The notes under the pieces: model-generated
Databases searched by the model: none
What the model was told of the DNA's origin: nothing
The model's input: only the letters and a program-made list of their open reading frames with translations
Origin: Chitinophagales bacterium
GTDB taxonomy: Bacteria; Bacteroidota; Bacteroidia; Chitinophagales; BACL12
NCBI GenBank assembly: GCA_044227505.1
Contig: JBGAWP010000005.1
Location: forward strand, 22,947 to 86,946
Reading direction: 5' to 3'
Length of the DNA: 64,000 nt
In this document: positions 60,621 to 64,000 of the stretch, in pieces
How the letters are laid out: the number at the start of each line of letters is the position of its first letter
Numbering within the stretch: the first letter of the stretch is position 1
Position numbers and translations under genes: made by a program

Positions 60621-60649
60621 AAATGTAACACATTGAAAACAAATAGTGT

Positions 60650-60701
60650 AAAAAAAGGGGAACCTGCCTGCTGACCGCGTCAGGCAGGTTCCTCTTTTTT
60701 T
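60650..60701. terminator. Bidirectional hairpin terminator containing a CCTGCCTG...CAGGCAGG palindrome
   Basis: AAAAAAAGGGGAACCTGCCTG...CAGGCAGGTTCCTCTTTTTTT between convergent genes. Confidence 0.8.
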
Positions 60702-60716
60702 ACCCCAGTTGATGAA

Positions 60717-61139
60717 TTATGTTACCTCTACCAACTTTTCTTTCTGCCGCATATCCAAAACAAACTCTTTACCAAAAGATAATTTTTTAAGTGTTGGTGA
60801 TCTTTCATCAATCATTCTCCAGAATGGTGTAATATTTTTTAATGCCTTGCCTTTTTCATATTCTTCATAGGCAGCTTCTGCAACTATGCGTAAAAATATT
60901 CCAGCTGTGATCGGGCACATATAATCGGCATGATATTCCGCTGCGAGATCTTTTCGCATCTGTTGTAAACTCCCTGTTTTACCTTTTGGAATATGTTTGA
61001 TATAGTTGGCCACTATCCCGGGTGTAGCAATTAACATGGATGCACCTGCAGGAACATCAGCAAAATCGCGTTCTGATATCACAATTTCGGGATCGCGTTT
61101 TACTTCGAATTTTTCCTGCCACGATTTCCGTTTGTACAT
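60717..61139 (-). CDS. MGMT/alkyltransferase-like small protein
   Basis: IPKGK...R..LA......CP.T.GIF; PFWRMI at the position of PCHRV. Confidence 0.6.
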   Translation of the reverse strand: MYKRKSWQEKFEVKRDPEIVISERDFADVPAGASMLIATPGIVANYIKHIPKGKTGSLQQMRKDLAAEYHADYMCPITAGIFLRIVAEAAYEEYEKGKALKNITPFWRMIDERSPTLKKLSFGKEFVLDMRQKEKLVEVT

Positions 61140-61252
61140 ATTATTTGTTTTTCTCTACAAAGTTATCCGACAAATTGATTTGTGTAAATGATATAAATCA
61201 CTCAATTTTAATCGAAATTTGCAAATCCCTCTTTGGGATTAAAATATAGAAC

Positions 61253-62266
61253 ATGTTAAAAATTGATATCCATACTCACATTATACCTGAACATTTGCCC
61301 AAGTGGAGTGAAAAGTTTTTTGATGCACGATATATACATCTTGATCATCATTGTCCGGGCTGCGCCAGAATGATGCAGGGGGACAAATTTTTCAGGGAGA
61401 TACAATCAAATTGCTGGGATGCTGATGTTAGGCTAAAAGATTGTGATGAACATGGAGTGCACGTACAGGTTTTAAGCGCAATACCGGTGATGTTTCATTA
61501 CTGGGAAAAAAATGCTGCTTATGCATTAGAAACTTCGCGTTTTCAAAATGATTTTATTGCAGAAGTTGTTTCTCGCAACCCTAAAAGATTTGTAGGATTG
61601 GGAACTGTGCCTCTGCAAGATCCGCAATTAAGTATCCAGGAAATGCAGCGCTGTATGCAGGAACTCGGAATGGCGGGAATAGAAATTGGCAGTCATGTAA
61701 ATGATTGGAATTTAAATGCCGAAGAATTATTTCCTTTTTTTGAAGCCGCCGAAAAATTAAATGCAGCCATATTTGTGCATCCCTGGGATATGATGGGAAA
61801 AGATAAAATGAATAAATATTGGCTGCCCTGGCTTGTTGGTATGCCGGCTGAATCGTCTCTGGCAATTTGTTCCATGATATTTGGAGGAGTGTTTGAAAAG
61901 TTGCCAAATTTAAAAGTTGCATTTGCACATGGAGGCGGAAGTTTCCCATCCACAATAGGAAGAATTGAGCACGGATTTAATGTTAGACCTGATCTTGTTG
62001 CTATTGATAACAAAATAAATCCTCGTAATTATCTCGATAAATTTTATCTCGACACCTTAGTACACGATCCTTTAATGCTTAATTATTTATTGGAATTATG
62101 CGGGCCCAACCAATTGGCGATGGGATCTGATTATCCATTTCCATTAGGAGAACATCATCCGGGCAAATTAATTGAAAGTATGCCTCTGGAAAATAATGTT
62201 AAAGAAAGATTATTAAATGGAACGGCCTTGGAATGGTTGGGGATGGAGAAAAGTAGATTTGTGTAA
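61253..62266 (+). CDS. 2-amino-3-carboxymuconate-6-semialdehyde decarboxylase (ACMSD)
   Basis: IDIHTH, FVHPWDM, WLVGMPAE, AHGGGSFP, GSDYPFPLGE; close to the HAAO gene. Confidence 0.92.
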   Translation: MLKIDIHTHIIPEHLPKWSEKFFDARYIHLDHHCPGCARMMQGDKFFREIQSNCWDADVRLKDCDEHGVHVQVLSAIPVMFHYWEKNAAYALETSRFQNDFIAEVVSRNPKRFVGLGTVPLQDPQLSIQEMQRCMQELGMAGIEIGSHVNDWNLNAEELFPFFEAAEKLNAAIFVHPWDMMGKDKMNKYWLPWLVGMPAESSLAICSMIFGGVFEKLPNLKVAFAHGGGSFPSTIGRIEHGFNVRPDLVAIDNKINPRNYLDKFYLDTLVHDPLMLNYLLELCGPNQLAMGSDYPFPLGEHHPGKLIESMPLENNVKERLLNGTALEWLGMEKSRFV

Positions 62267-62348
62267 GTATTTATTTTTTTAAGATATAAGAATGAGTAGG
62301 AAATAAATTGGTTTATTCTTCGTTTTAACTTATTCAACCATTACCCTC

Positions 62349-63479
62349 TTGAAGTTATTCTTTGCCATAACTATATTATTTTTTGGATATATAAGATCTG
62401 TTTTTACTCAATGTGAAGGTGTGTATTTTTATGATCTAGCACCCGATGAACTCTTCAATATTGATATCAGCATGATCAATAAAATTGACACTTCCGAATG
62501 TGAATATACTATTTCGGTAGACACTACCTATGATCACCGCTACCATGTAGTTAATGTTCCAGAACCCGAATTTTATGTCGAAACGATCAATATGGGCAAA
62601 ACAGGATACAACTACTTTGTTGTTAATGAAGAAACAAAACAAAGTTTTAAGATGGGACCAATGCGATATGATTTTGAAAATTACAGAACAGATCTAATTT
62701 CCACATCAGAATTTATTTTTAAGCAAAATGCGAAAACAACCTTTTTATTCTATTATAAAACGAATGAAATCAAATATTTTAAACTTCCGGTATTTGATAT
62801 TGTTGGATATGATGAGGAATATGTATTTCTATTGTTAAAAGAAAAATTTAAATTCGAAAAAAACTATTATTTTACCGGGAGTATTTTTCGATTTGATGGC
62901 GATGTATTGCAAGTTGTAGAAGCACAAACAGATGCCGATGTGTCTTCTAAAATGAAACACCTCATTTTTTTAAATTCTTTTTATAAAGTAGAAAATATTT
63001 TCTTGAATGAGGAGTATATTGATTGTAAAAAGGTTACAAATTTTACATCCAAAATATATTTCAATAATCATTTGGTTGATTCCACGACCTTTAAAAGTGA
63101 ATATTCACTTACTGAAAAGTGTGAATACAGCAACGACACCCTGTTTATGCGCAATAGGTTTGAAACCCGGGAATTTATAAAAGGGGAAAGTACTAAAAGA
63201 TCAAATATATCAGATACCTTAAAACAACAACCTGTTATACAAGAATTTGTTGTGCGATACATCAATTTACAAGTATTTTATACTTATTATAACAATTACT
63301 TAATTGCATTAATGCATCTTGATCCAAGGGATGAAAAAGGATTTATTCCCGGAACGAAAACGACTAATAATGGTATAGTTTTAAATGATAAATGCAGGCG
63401 CTACGACCTTGTTTTGTTATTCGATAAACGCGATCTTACATTTCTCGGATACCCTGAAATTGTATTTGGCAACTGGTAA
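62349..63479 (+). CDS. Secreted hypothetical protein
   Basis: 376-aa ORF with a signal-peptide-like N-terminus (TTG start); no recognised motif. Confidence 0.55.
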   Translation: MKLFFAITILFFGYIRSVFTQCEGVYFYDLAPDELFNIDISMINKIDTSECEYTISVDTTYDHRYHVVNVPEPEFYVETINMGKTGYNYFVVNEETKQSFKMGPMRYDFENYRTDLISTSEFIFKQNAKTTFLFYYKTNEIKYFKLPVFDIVGYDEEYVFLLLKEKFKFEKNYYFTGSIFRFDGDVLQVVEAQTDADVSSKMKHLIFLNSFYKVENIFLNEEYIDCKKVTNFTSKIYFNNHLVDSTTFKSEYSLTEKCEYSNDTLFMRNRFETREFIKGESTKRSNISDTLKQQPVIQEFVVRYINLQVFYTYYNNYLIALMHLDPRDEKGFIPGTKTTNNGIVLNDKCRRYDLVLLFDKRDLTFLGYPEIVFGNW

Positions 63480-63597
63480 ACAATCCAGAATTCTGTCTTC
63501 CTTAATTTAAATTTCAATAATTACGCTGGTTATTTAAGATGAAAATTTAGAATTGTTGAATATTTGCCCCATATTTGTTAAAAGTAAATAAAGGCAT

Positions 63598-64000
63598 ATG
63601 AAAACGAAAAATATTTTAACATTTACATTACTTATTATTTTAACAATTACATCTCAGGCACAAAATGCATTTTGGGCAAAGGGATTTGCAACGGGAACTT
63701 GCGATATGCTCGCAACGGATGCAATCGGAAATATTTATGCAGCTGCTGTTTTCAGCGATACAATAGAAATTGACGGTGTAGAAATCATCCCTGAAAATCC
63801 ATATAACAGTTGGTTGGGAAAATTTAATGCTGCTGGAGAACTTCAATGGATCGTTAATATCACCTCTACAAATATGGTGTATGTAAGAGATTTAATTGTA
63901 GATAATAATGGGAATATTGTAATAGCAGGTAGTAGTCTTGGAATGGTTGATTTCGGCCCCTTACTCATGGGTAATGAGTCTGATAATTTTGGCAGGGCAT
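63598..64000 (+). CDS. Secreted beta-propeller (SBBP-like) repeat protein, partial
   Basis: Manual translation: MKTKNILTFTLLIILTITSQAQNAFWAK...ATDAIGNIYAA...KFNAAGELQW...VDNNGNIVIAG; open to the window end. Confidence 0.75.
   Translation, partial: MKTKNILTFTLLIILTITSQAQNAFWAKGFATGTCDMLATDAIGNIYAAAVFSDTIEIDGVEIIPENPYNSWLGKFNAAGELQWIVNITSTNMVYVRDLIVDNNGNIVIAGSSLGMVDFGPLLMGNESDNFGRA

Overview
AT-rich Bacteroidota chromosomal segment, judged from T9SS C-terminal sorting domains, gldH, the Bat operon and TAnnTTTG promoters. From left to right it holds: a tandem array of at least six paralogous T9SS-secreted sulfatase-PKD genes (1-15.6 kb; the first runs off the edge); xth, gldH, PSP1/ricT-like and holB; a small redox cluster; a complete MoxR-DUF58-BatA-E operon; rpoN and asnS (asnS has a coiled-coil insert); a 2OG-Fe(II) oxygenase; an outer-membrane beta-barrel; a secreted lysyl-oxidase-like protein; korAB; an accessory block (frameshifted hypothetical, BNR protein, CotH-like protein with a split lamin-tail domain, AraC and its probable target); purF; a PPIase/SurA-MoxR operon; slyD; and kynurenine-pathway genes. 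No rRNA, tRNA, CRISPR array, transposase or integrase was seen. The most unusual feature is a dispersed, modular family of intergenic elements made of 7-9-nt tandem-repeat arms. These arms show consistent polarity, can be exchanged around a conserved core, abut or supply stop codons, and bracket the accessory block. All product calls come from motif recognition by eye; no database searches were run.
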